From Dehalococcoidia bacterium (GTDB taxonomy: Bacteria > Chloroflexota > Dehalococcoidia > Bin125), in the NCBI GenBank assembly GCA_963555985.3, contig CAUVXV020000004.1, forward strand, positions 1-13,644: DNA of 13,644 bases, written 5' to 3'. Position numbers and translations under genes: made by a program. Below are positions 1 through 7,597 of the stretch, one piece after another. Every line of letters starts with the position of its first letter. Positions within the stretch are counted from its first letter, which is position 1. Under the pieces are notes generated by a model. It ran no database searches, was not told the DNA's origin, and saw only the letters and a list, made by a program, of their open reading frames with translations.

Positions 1-42
1 TCTCTAGGAGGTGCCGCTCCCCTTCCCGTCTCCCCCCAAGCG

Positions 43-259
43 GAGATTGATGCATAACTCTCTCCGCCGTCATTCCCGCAAACGGAGGCCTTTGCAAAAC
101 TCCCATTTCCGTCATTCCCGCGAACGGAGGCCTTTGCAAAACCCCTATATCCGTCATTCCCGCGAACGCGGGAATCCATGCGGCGCCTCGAGTGGCATAT
201 GAATTCCCATCTGCGAGGGAATGACGAGCTCAGCCGATCGCGGGTTATGCATCTCCCCC
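43..259. mobile_element. MITE-like element copy 1 (type A ends) carrying two 42-bp type B left-end units; right terminus degenerate
   Basis: Left end GAGATTGATGCATAAC (43-58), right end GGGTTATGCATC (242-253) then degenerate. Core 152-253 is nearly identical to copy 5757-5889. 217 bp minus 2x42 = 133 bp. Flanks AAGCG (38-42) and CAGCG (260-264). Confidence 0.75.
68..177 (+). repeat. 42-bp tandem repeat (CGTCATTCCCG-N6-GAGGCCTTTGCAAAA-N10), two units then a complete hairpin
   Basis: Units start at 68, 110 and 152; GAGGCCTTTGCAAAA at 85-99 and 127-141; hairpin ATTCCCGC-GAAC-GCGGGAAT at the third start. Confidence 0.9.
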
Positions 260-298
260 CAGCGGGGAGAGATACCCACGAGCACTACGGAGGCTCCC

Positions 299-1624
299 GT
301 GCCCCAATCCGCCGGCGTCCACCTCATCAACCCGATCTCCCTCACCGAGCAGCTCGCCGCGACTCGCTCCGGCGCTCTGTCCCTAGACGAGCTGATCGAA
401 CAGGCACTGCGGCGTCTCGATCAAGTGAACCCGCTCGTTCGCGCGATGTTGCCCGACATCCGCCAGCGCGAACGCCTCGCCTCCGAAGCCCGAACCATCT
501 CCGAGCGCTGGCCCGATCCGGACGACCGCCCGCCCCTCTACGGCGCGCTCGTCGCCGTCAAAGACATCTTCAACGTCGACCGGATGCCGACCCGCGCCGG
601 ATCGGCCGTGCCGCCTGAGTCGTTCAGCGGCCGCGAAGCCGATGTCGTCGCCCGCCTGCGCGACGCCGGAGCGCTCGTGCTCGGCAAAGCGGTCACGACC
701 GAGTTCGCCTACTTCGCCTCCGGCGCAACTGCCAATCCCCACAACCGCAACCACACCCCCGGAGGCTCCAGCAGCGGTTCCGCCGCCGCGATCGCCGCCG
801 GCATCGCCCCGTTGGCGTTGGGCTCCCAGACCGTCGGTTCCGTCGTCCGCCCAGCCTCCTTCTGCGGCGTCATCGGCTTCAAGCCCTCCTACGACCGCAT
901 TCCCACGGGTGGGACGCTCTACTATTCGCCATCGGTCGATACGATCGGCTACTTCGTCAGTTCGGCTGCCGATGCCGCTCTGGTCGCGCCGTCGCTGCTC
1001 CTCGGCTGGCGCGAGGGCGAGGACGCAGAAGCCCCGGCGCCGCGAATCGGCATCCCCACAGGCGCGTTCCTCGATCAGGCCGGCCCGGAGATGCGCGGCT
1101 CCCTGGACGCCGCCGCAGATCGGTTGCGCAATGCCGGCATCAGCGTCGAACCGGCGCCGACCCTTCACGACATTGCCGACATCAATACCCGACACCGCAA
1201 TCTCACCACCTACGAGTTCGCCGAAACCCACCACGAGCGCTACGCCAAGTACGGCGCGATGTTCCGCCCGGAGAGTGCGCAACTGTACGAAGCGGGATTA
1301 GCCATCGCAGCCGAGGATGCCGAAGCAGGACGCGCCAGCCGAATCGCCCTCCGCCAGCGTCTGCACGAACGCATGGATCGCGCTGGGATCGACGCCTGGC
1401 TTGCCCCCTCCGCCGTCGGCCCTGCCCCCGACAGCCTGCGCACCACCGGCGATCCTGCCATGAACCTGCCCTGGACCCACGCCGGTATGCCCGTGATCTC
1501 GCTGCCCTTCGGCGATGTCGATGGACTCCCGCTCGGCCTCTCCCTAGTCGGACGCTTCGGCCACGACGAGACCTTGTTGGGGCAGGCCGCAATGGTGGAG
1601 TCAGCGCTGGCCGCTGACAGGTGA
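299..1624 (+). CDS. Amidase signature family protein (GatA-like amidase), about 441 aa
   Basis: VAVKD, GKAVTTEFA, PGGSSSGS, GSQTVGS-RPASFCG and GLPLGL motifs. GTG at 299 has GGAGG 5 nt upstream. The ORF-track start at 221 lies inside the repeat element. Confidence 0.92.
   Translation: MPQSAGVHLINPISLTEQLAATRSGALSLDELIEQALRRLDQVNPLVRAMLPDIRQRERLASEARTISERWPDPDDRPPLYGALVAVKDIFNVDRMPTRAGSAVPPESFSGREADVVARLRDAGALVLGKAVTTEFAYFASGATANPHNRNHTPGGSSSGSAAAIAAGIAPLALGSQTVGSVVRPASFCGVIGFKPSYDRIPTGGTLYYSPSVDTIGYFVSSAADAALVAPSLLLGWREGEDAEAPAPRIGIPTGAFLDQAGPEMRGSLDAAADRLRNAGISVEPAPTLHDIADINTRHRNLTTYEFAETHHERYAKYGAMFRPESAQLYEAGLAIAAEDAEAGRASRIALRQRLHERMDRAGIDAWLAPSAVGPAPDSLRTTGDPAMNLPWTHAGMPVISLPFGDVDGLPLGLSLVGRFGHDETLLGQAAMVESALAADR
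1536..1624 (+). repeat. Direct repeat copy 1: amidase 3' end
   Basis: Ungapped match to 2418-2506, 70 of the first 82 nt identical. Confidence 0.9.
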
Positions 1625-1727
1625 CCGCAACGGATAATTCAGCATTCGCATCAACGACCAATACCGCATCTGCTTCGTCTGGGCCGATGCTGGTCCCCAC
1701 CAAGTCGAGATCACTGACTATCACTAG
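1611..1727 (+). pseudogene. higB: C-terminal remnant of HigB/RelE-type toxin (5' half missing, internal stop)
   Basis: Not in ORF track. Translates [37 protein letters not shown], the typical HigB C-terminus (SIRINDQxRICF...VEIxDYH). TAA at 1635-1637. Lies upstream of higA. Confidence 0.88.
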
Positions 1728-1729
1728 AA

Positions 1730-2085
1730 GAGACTGATGCATAACTCCCGCCGCCGCCATTCCCGCGTTCGGAGGCCTTTGCAAAATCTCCATCTCCGTC
1801 ATTCCCGCGCAGGGAGGCCGTTGCAAAACTCCCATTTCCGTCATTCCCGCGTTCGGAGGCCTTTGCAGAACCCCCATATCCGTCATTCCCGCGCACGCGG
1901 GAATCCATGCGGCGTATCGAGCGAGACGTGGATTCTCACGTTCGCAAGAATGACGAAACGCTCAGATCGAGGATTCTGCAAAGGCCTCCGTTCGCGGGAA
2001 TCCAGTCTCCCTATCTGCTCAGCACTGGGTGCCTCGTTGAGTCGGAATGGCGGAAATGCGGCATCATGGGTTATGCATTGGTCTC
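1730..2085. mobile_element. MITE-like element copy 2 (type A ends, TAGAA duplication) with nested type B insertions
   Basis: TIRs GAGACTGATGCATAAC (1730-1745) and GTTATGCATTGGTCTC (2070-2085), 14/16. TAGAA at 1725-1729 and 2086-2090. Type B left ends at 1772, 1814 and 1856 (42-bp period). Removing 1772-1994 leaves 133 bp. Confidence 0.9.
1856..1988. mobile_element. Nested complete type B MITE, 133 bp
   Basis: Perfect 15-bp TIR GAGGCCTTTGCAGAA / TTCTGCAAAGGCCTC. CGTTCG at 1850-1855 and 1989-1994. Excision restores the hairpin ATTCCCGC-GTTC-GCGGGAAT. Confidence 0.9.
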
Positions 2086-2102
2086 TAGAAAGGAGAGCAG
2101 AA

Positions 2103-2417
2103 ATGGTGCGCATTCCGACCAGCCGGGAGCCGACTCACCCGGGTTCGATGCTGCTGTACGAGTTCCTGCAGCCCATGGAGTTGACCCAGCGCGAGTTGGC
2201 CACTGCGATCCACGTGCCATTTCAGCGCGTGAACGAGGTGGTTCGGGGCAGACGCGGCATAACGCCGAGTACGGCGCTGCGGCTCGCTAGGTACTTCGGC
2301 ACGACTCCCGACTTTTGGATGAATCTCCAATTGCGCTGGGACCTCTATCACGCGCAGCAGGCCGAAGCAGCAGAAATCGAGACCATCCAGCCATTGCAAC
2401 CCGTGAACGCTAGATAA
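2103..2417 (+). CDS. higA: HigA/VapI family antitoxin (HTH-XRE), 104 aa
   Basis: PTHPG-LxxEFLxP, LTQRELA, RGITPSTALRLARYFGTTPDFWMNLQ motifs. AGGAG at 2091-2095 precedes the ATG at 2103. Confidence 0.93.
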   Translation: MVRIPTSREPTHPGSMLLYEFLQPMELTQRELATAIHVPFQRVNEVVRGRRGITPSTALRLARYFGTTPDFWMNLQLRWDLYHAQQAEAAEIETIQPLQPVNAR

Positions 2418-2506
2418 GCCTCTCCCTGGCCGGCTGCTTCGGCCACGACGAGACCTTGTTGGGTCAGGCCGCGATGGTTGAGAAAGCTCTGGCGACTGAG
2501 CAATAG
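2418..2506 (+). repeat. Direct repeat copy 2: detached amidase 3' end
   Basis: Encodes LSLAGCFGHDETLLGQAAMVEKALATEQ* versus LSLVGRFGHDETLLGQAAMVESALAADR* in the gene. Starts immediately after the higA stop. Confidence 0.9.
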
Positions 2507-2661
2507 CGACACGCCCGCAGAGACTCGGCCTGCTCTTCGGCTGGTGCGCCCTCATGAGCGGACTTCCACATTCCCAACGACAGAGATGCCGTCTGTTCGG
2601 GCGGTAGCCTGCCGATGGCAGCATCCACCCATCTTGAGGCCTGAAACGCGAACGCTTTCCG

Positions 2662-3726
2662 ATGCGGACTCTCAACACACTCCGCGGCGTCTTCGTTGGG
2701 TTGATTGCCTTTGCGGCCGCGCAAGTACTCTCGCTGCTTCCTCAAGAGTTCACCCTCCGTCTGCTGGAACGGAACCTTGCCAGACGCCGGACACGTGATG
2801 CTCTGGCTGAGCGGCCGGACGGCATTCACGTCTTACTCTGCGGGGCCGGCGGCCCGCTCACGGACATCAAGCGTTCCGGCCCCTGCGTGGCCGTCCAGGC
2901 CGGAGCGCACCTGTATGTGATCGACGCAGGCACCAATGGCGCGCGCAATATGGGACGGTTCTCGGTCAATCCGGGACGAGTCGAGGCGGTCTTCCTGACC
3001 CACGCGCACTCGGATCACGTTGACGGCCTGGGCGAACTCGGCATGTTGCGCTGGATCGGCAGCGGCAGCGAGCGACCGCTGCCCGTTCATGGCCCGCCGC
3101 CGGTCAGCGCTGTCGCCGCCGGTTTCAATCAGGCATACGCGGCGGACTTCGGCTACCGGACTGCCCACCACGGCTCCGAGATCGCGCCGCCGAGCGGGGC
3201 CGGACTGGAGGCCTTGCCGTTCCCGTTGCCTGGCGATGGTGAACTCCACGCCGTGCTTGAGACCGAGGACGGCGTTCGAGTCAGCGCCTTCTCCGTGTCG
3301 CACGCGCCCGTCTGCGAGGCCGTGGGCTATCGGATCGACTACCGGGGACGCTCGATCGTAGTGAGCGGCGACACCGCGTACTCCGCCAATCTGATTCAAC
3401 ATGCGCGCGGCGCCGACCTGCTCGTGCACGATGCGCTAGCGAGCAGGCTGACCGAGCGGATCGCCGCCGCTGCGGAGTCGGCTGGCAACCGGCGCGCGGC
3501 CAAGGTGCTGCGCGACGTGCCCTCGTACCACGCCACCCCGGTGGAGGCTGCCGAGGCCGCAGCCGCGGCCGGCGCGAAACAGTTGCTGCTCTATCACATC
3601 GTCCCGCCGCTGCCGACGTCTGCGCTGGAACGAGTCTTCCTCAGCGGGATCGCCGATGTCTACGAGGGCAGAGTCACTCTCGGTCGAGACGGGACGCTCA
3701 TTTCGCTAGACGAAGGGTCGCAATAG
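2662..3726 (+). CDS. MBL-fold metallo-hydrolase, RNase Z/ElaC/AtsA-like, with N-terminal hydrophobic segment
   Basis: IDAG, THAHSDH, VSH-PV, SGDT, ADLLVHD, YHATP and LYHIVP motifs. Confidence 0.9.
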   Translation: MRTLNTLRGVFVGLIAFAAAQVLSLLPQEFTLRLLERNLARRRTRDALAERPDGIHVLLCGAGGPLTDIKRSGPCVAVQAGAHLYVIDAGTNGARNMGRFSVNPGRVEAVFLTHAHSDHVDGLGELGMLRWIGSGSERPLPVHGPPPVSAVAAGFNQAYAADFGYRTAHHGSEIAPPSGAGLEALPFPLPGDGELHAVLETEDGVRVSAFSVSHAPVCEAVGYRIDYRGRSIVVSGDTAYSANLIQHARGADLLVHDALASRLTERIAAAAESAGNRRAAKVLRDVPSYHATPVEAAEAAAAAGAKQLLLYHIVPPLPTSALERVFLSGIADVYEGRVTLGRDGTLISLDEGSQ

Positions 3727-3759
3727 CGTCCTGGCGGGCCCGACCAAGCAGTCTCGAAC

Positions 3760-3833
3760 TGGTCCCCCCGGGAGGATTCGAACCTCCGCGCGCGGTTTAG
3801 GAAACCGGTGCTCTCTCCCTGAGCTACGGGGGG
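3760..3833 (-). tRNA. tRNA-Arg (anticodon CCT), 74 nt, CCA encoded
   Basis: Reverse complement folds CCCCCCG TA GCTC AGGGAGA GAGC A CCGGT TTCCTAA ACCGC GCGC GGAGG TTCGAAT CCTCC CGGGGGG A CCA. Confidence 0.95.
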
Positions 3834-3840
3834 CCGCTCG

Positions 3841-3849
3841 AATGTATCA
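3841..3849 (-). promoter_or_regulatory. Putative extended -10 promoter of tRNA-Arg
   Basis: TGA-TACATT on the minus strand, ending 7 nt upstream of the tRNA 5' end. Confidence 0.45.
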
Positions 3850-3913
3850 GCGCGGTTGCGTAACCTGCGCCTCAGTCCCTCCTGCCGCGATCCAGCACAC
3901 CGAGAGTTCTCTC

Positions 3914-4165
3914 ATGCCGCTCTACGAGTACTACTGCCGCGCCTGCAACGAGAAGTTCACCAAGCTCCGCCCGATGAGCGCCGCCGCCGAACCCTACGAC
4001 CACGACTGCGGCCAGACCGCCCAGAAAGTCCTCACCGCCGCCGTCGTCACCGTCGCCGGACAGTTTGCCGAGGCCGAGGCGGCCGAAGCCGCTCCGGTCG
4101 GCGGCGGCTGCGCCTGTGGCCGAGGATCGTGCGGCTGCGGCGGCGGCATGGGCGCGTTGAACTAG
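3914..4165 (+). CDS. FmdB-family zinc-ribbon protein, 83 aa
   Basis: MPLYEYYCRACNEKF N-terminus, HDCG second knuckle, GGGCACGRGSCGC tail. Confidence 0.88.
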   Translation: MPLYEYYCRACNEKFTKLRPMSAAAEPYDHDCGQTAQKVLTAAVVTVAGQFAEAEAAEAAPVGGGCACGRGSCGCGGGMGALN

Positions 4166-4224
4166 CACGCCCTCCCGCCCCGCCGGACGCGACTGATTCC
4201 TATCCATCGGCGATTGGCTGAACG

Positions 4225-5706
4225 ATGAACCACCGCTTGCTGCTCCTGTCAGCGGGAACGCTGCTCACTGCCGTTGTCGTCGCTGCGACTCTGATCAGCG
4301 GTCTGATCCCGCTCGATTTCGCCGTCTCCGACAAGCACGGCGACAGCCAAATCGACATGCGCGTACAAGCCCGGCAAACGGAGAGCGGTCGAGTCGAGGT
4401 GCGGGCCCAATCCAGCGCCGGCAGCGGCGAATGGATCACTCACACGCCCGAGGCCCGCTTCCTCCCCGCCGAACCCCAGCCCGGCAGCTGGTACTCCAGC
4501 AATTCGTTCGCGGTGAGCGCCCCCGCTGCGGCGCCGGACAGCTCCGACGAAGCGCGCTACACCCAGTCCTTCGTCGAGCAGGCGATCGACTACTACGAAC
4601 ATCACGGCCGTGCGGCGACGATCGAGTACTACAGCACCCCCGGCAGCGCCGAGGGGCAGTGGTACATGTTCATCATCGATGAAGCGGATGTCATCATCGC
4701 CCATCAAAATCCGGATCTGATCGGAGCCCACGCCGACGACGTCAACGGCCCCGACGGCTACCCGGCCGGGCGCATGGTCGTCGCCTCCGCCACTGAGGAC
4801 GGCGCCTGGGTCGATTACCAGTTCACCAATCTCGCCAGCGGAGAAGCCGAGATCAAGCACTCCTGGGTCATCATCCACGACGGGCTGATCTTCGGTTCCG
4901 GCTGGTACGAAGAAGCGCCGTCGAAGATCCACGCGCCGGGCGCGTTCACACAGTCCTACGTGGCGCGAGCGCTCGAGCTGTACCGCGTGCTGGGCCGTGA
5001 GGCGACCCTCGAGTACTACAGCACGCCGGAAAGCGCCGACGGCCAGTGGTACATGTTCATCCACACGACCGAGGGCACGCGCGTCGCGCACGCCCACCGC
5101 GCGAACCGCCCCGGCTGGCTGGGCAGCAACGTCGGCGTGGGCGGCATCGACGTCACCGGCTACAACTACGGCCAGGACATGCTCACCATCGAGGATCGCG
5201 GCTGGGTCGCCTACGTCTTCGTCAACCCCGCCGACCAAGACCAGTACCAGCGCAAGCACAGCTGGATCGTCACCCACGACGGCCTCCAGTTCGGCTCCGG
5301 TTGGTACGACCGCCACTACGACCTTGCGGGCGAAGATCCGGCCGGCTACTCGAAGTTGCTCGTCCAGCAGGCGATTGACCTGTACGACGCCGAGGGACGC
5401 CAAGCGGCGCTCGACTACTACAGCTCGCTCGAGAGTGTGGACGGCGAGTGGTATGTGATCATCATCCACCCCGACGGCACGCGGCTGGCGCATCCCTTCC
5501 TGCCGCTGGGCGAGAACATTCTCGACAGCGGCCCCGACATCACCGGCTACGACTTCCGCCCGGACATCGTCGCGGTCGAAGACCGCGATTGGGTGAGCTA
5601 CGTGTTCGAGAATCCAGACACCGGAGAGCAGAACCAGAAGCACACCTGGATCGTGCGCCACGACGGACTGCTCTTCGCCGCCGGCTGGTACGAGAGGATT
5701 GAGTAG
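4225..5706 (+). CDS. Exported or membrane-anchored protein with three tandem Cache-like domains
   Basis: N-terminal hydrophobic helix, then three repeats of VxxAxxxY...G.W.Y.(F/I)I...AH...WVxYxFxN...KH(S/T)W...HDGLxFxxGWY starting near 4546, 4936 and 5338. Confidence 0.85.
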   Translation: MNHRLLLLSAGTLLTAVVVAATLISGLIPLDFAVSDKHGDSQIDMRVQARQTESGRVEVRAQSSAGSGEWITHTPEARFLPAEPQPGSWYSSNSFAVSAPAAAPDSSDEARYTQSFVEQAIDYYEHHGRAATIEYYSTPGSAEGQWYMFIIDEADVIIAHQNPDLIGAHADDVNGPDGYPAGRMVVASATEDGAWVDYQFTNLASGEAEIKHSWVIIHDGLIFGSGWYEEAPSKIHAPGAFTQSYVARALELYRVLGREATLEYYSTPESADGQWYMFIHTTEGTRVAHAHRANRPGWLGSNVGVGGIDVTGYNYGQDMLTIEDRGWVAYVFVNPADQDQYQRKHSWIVTHDGLQFGSGWYDRHYDLAGEDPAGYSKLLVQQAIDLYDAEGRQAALDYYSSLESVDGEWYVIIIHPDGTRLAHPFLPLGENILDSGPDITGYDFRPDIVAVEDRDWVSYVFENPDTGEQNQKHTWIVRHDGLLFAAGWYERIE

Positions 5707-5756
5707 GACGGCAATAACGGCAGGCAGGTCGCAGGCCGAGATCCGTTCCCCTCCTA

Positions 5757-5889
5757 GAGACCGATGCATAACCCTTGTTTCGTCATTCCCGCGAAAGCGG
5801 GAATCCATGTGGTGCCTCGAGTGGCGTCTGGACCCCCATCTGCGAGGGAATGACGAGCTCAGCCGATCGCGGGGTTATGCATCGGTCCC
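5757..5889. mobile_element. MITE-like element copy 3, simple 133-bp unit (type A ends, TCCTA duplication)
   Basis: TIRs GAGACCGATGCATAACCC / GGGTTATGCATCGGTCCC (17/18). TCCTA at 5752-5756 and 5890-5894. Internal hairpin ATTCCCGC-GAAA-GCGGGAAT. Lies between convergent genes. Confidence 0.92.
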
Positions 5890-5897
5890 TCCTACCC

Positions 5898-6584
5898 TCA
5901 CGCCCGGCGCAGGACCCACCAACTCACTCCGCTCAGCGCGGCCAACGGAACCAGAATCGCCGCGCCGATCAGCAGCGTCGTGTCGAAGAAGAAGCGCTGC
6001 GGGAAGAGCTGAATCAGCGCGTCGCGCGAACTGAGCTGCCAGAGATCGTTGGTGAAGAAGATCAGGTGGAAGCTGCGGAAGGCGGAGTCGAATCCGCTCA
6101 GCCCGAAGATCGCCAGCGCGACGAACGCGATCGCGACGATCCCGCAGGCGATCAGGACTGATCGCGCCAGGCTGCGCAGCGCGCGCTCGGCCCGCCAGAG
6201 CACGAAGGCGATGAAGGCGATGATGTAGCCCAGCGCGGCCCAGCCCGCGTCGTAGACCCGCGCCATCAGCCGCTTCACGTCGACCATGTGCAGCACTTCG
6301 CGCTCGGAGTAGAAGGGCGCGCCGCCGACGCTGACCGTCAGCAGTTCGTCGTCGTTGGAGAGGTAGTCGCGCGTTTCGGCTGCGACCCGATCCACTTCCT
6401 CCGGCGTCAGGCCGGTGCGCGAGACGGCGTCGTAGCGCTCGAAGCCGCGCTCCCACCAGGCGTCCGAGGTCGCGGCATAGCGCACCGCGAGCGCAATCGG
6501 CAGCACCAGCAGCGCCAGCGCCAGCGCCAGGTGCGCCAGCGTCCAGGCCAGGCGAGCCGCGATCAGCAGAGCGATAGGATTCAT
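5898..6584 (-). CDS. TIGR01906/DUF1461 family integral membrane protein, 228 aa
   Basis: YSEREVLHMVDVKRL, FxxFHLIFFTNDLW and LIQLFPQRFF motifs with several TM helices. The upstream part of the 587-aa track ORF is antisense to mazG. Confidence 0.9.
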   Translation of the reverse strand: MNPIALLIAARLAWTLAHLALALALLVLPIALAVRYAATSDAWWERGFERYDAVSRTGLTPEEVDRVAAETRDYLSNDDELLTVSVGGAPFYSEREVLHMVDVKRLMARVYDAGWAALGYIIAFIAFVLWRAERALRSLARSVLIACGIVAIAFVALAIFGLSGFDSAFRSFHLIFFTNDLWQLSSRDALIQLFPQRFFFDTTLLIGAAILVPLAALSGVSWWVLRRA

Positions 6585-6620
6585 GCGTCGCCTAGAGCCT
6601 ATCGAGTGCCGGAGTCTCAG

Positions 6621-7541
6621 ATGTTGCGGAACCTCGCCAAGATCATTGAACTCGCCGGACTCGAAGACGAAGCGACGCTCAGCGTCGTGCGCGCGTCCGC
6701 CGCCGAAGCGCCGCTCACGACGGGCGCGCTCGTGGTGCTGGTGGACGATGCCCTCGGCCTGGCGACCACGCTGCGCCGCTATCCGGCGGAACACGCCGTC
6801 CGCGTCGTAGGCCGCGACGAGCGCGTCAGCGCCTCCACTGTGGCCGAACTCTTGCAAGACAGCGAGCACGCCGCCGCGCTGATTCTCGAGCCGATCGATC
6901 CGTTCGAGCTGCGCAACGCGCCGGAGGGCGTGCGCGGCGTGATCGACCGCCTGCGCGATCCCGACGACGGCTGCCCCTGGGACAACGCGCAGACGCACCT
7001 GAGCCTGCGCCCGCATCTGCTCGAAGAGACCTACGAGGTGCTCGAAGCGATCGCCGGCGGCGACCCCGCCCACCTCTGCGAAGAGCTGGGCGATCTGCTG
7101 ATGCAGATCGTGCTGCACGCGAAGCTGGCCGAGCAGGACGGGCACTTCAGCCTCGACGACGTGGCCGAGGGCATTCGCGCCAAGCTGGTGCGCCGTCACC
7201 CTCATGTCTTCGGCGACGCCTCGGCCGACTCTGCCGCTTGGGTGGAAGGCGCTTGGGAGCGTCTGAAAGCGAGGGAGCGTCCCAACCGCGAGTCCGTGCT
7301 CGACGGCGTGCCCAAGACGCTGCCGGCGCTGGCGCGAGCCCAGTCCCTGCTCGGCCGCGCGGAGCGCAACGGCTTCCCTCGCCAAGCCGCTGAGAGCGAC
7401 GATCCGGGCGAGCGGGCGCTTGACCTGGTGCTGGAGGCGAGGGCGGCCGGGATCCAGCTTGAGGATGCGGTCCGGGATGCTCTGGATCGCTTTGAGCGGG
7501 GTGTTCGTGCGGTGGAGGCGGAGGGTCGGGGCGGGGGTTGA
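6621..7541 (+). CDS. mazG: MazG-family nucleoside triphosphate pyrophosphohydrolase, 306 aa
   Basis: GCPWD-QTH-SL, LLEETYEV, EELGDLL, KLVRRHPHVFG, WERLKARE and LPAL motifs. GGAG at 6611-6614 precedes the ATG at 6621. Confidence 0.92.
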   Translation: MLRNLAKIIELAGLEDEATLSVVRASAAEAPLTTGALVVLVDDALGLATTLRRYPAEHAVRVVGRDERVSASTVAELLQDSEHAAALILEPIDPFELRNAPEGVRGVIDRLRDPDDGCPWDNAQTHLSLRPHLLEETYEVLEAIAGGDPAHLCEELGDLLMQIVLHAKLAEQDGHFSLDDVAEGIRAKLVRRHPHVFGDASADSAAWVEGAWERLKARERPNRESVLDGVPKTLPALARAQSLLGRAERNGFPRQAAESDDPGERALDLVLEARAAGIQLEDAVRDALDRFERGVRAVEAEGRGGG

Positions 7542-7597
7542 GTGGTTTCGGTGGTTCGGGATTCTCGTCTGCGGGGAGGTTTGCGTATGGCAAAGAC

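Noticed and set aside
11-345. Short ORFs with RHSRE repeats and the amidase start at 221 (similar ORFs at 5699-6161 and 8819-9348)
   Set aside because: They are translations of repeat elements.
1755-1906. 42-bp periodic repeats as a CRISPR array
   Set aside because: Variable parts are only 6 and 10 nt, there are no cas genes, and the units resolve into a half hairpin plus a transposon-like end.
1737-2102. N-terminal extension of HigA with 14-aa repeats (226-aa ORF)
   Set aside because: It is translated MITE sequence; higA has its own Shine-Dalgarno and start at 2103.
3760-3790. tRNA-Arg as the attachment site of a genomic island
   Set aside because: No duplicated tRNA 3' end and no integrase seen in the window.
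2662-3833. RNase Z-like gene functionally coupled to the adjacent tRNA
   Set aside because: The genes are convergent and the protein has an N-terminal hydrophobic segment; adjacency alone is not evidence.
4249-5808. 519-aa minus-strand ORF
   Set aside because: It is antisense to the Cache gene, starts inside a MITE and has no recognisable motifs.
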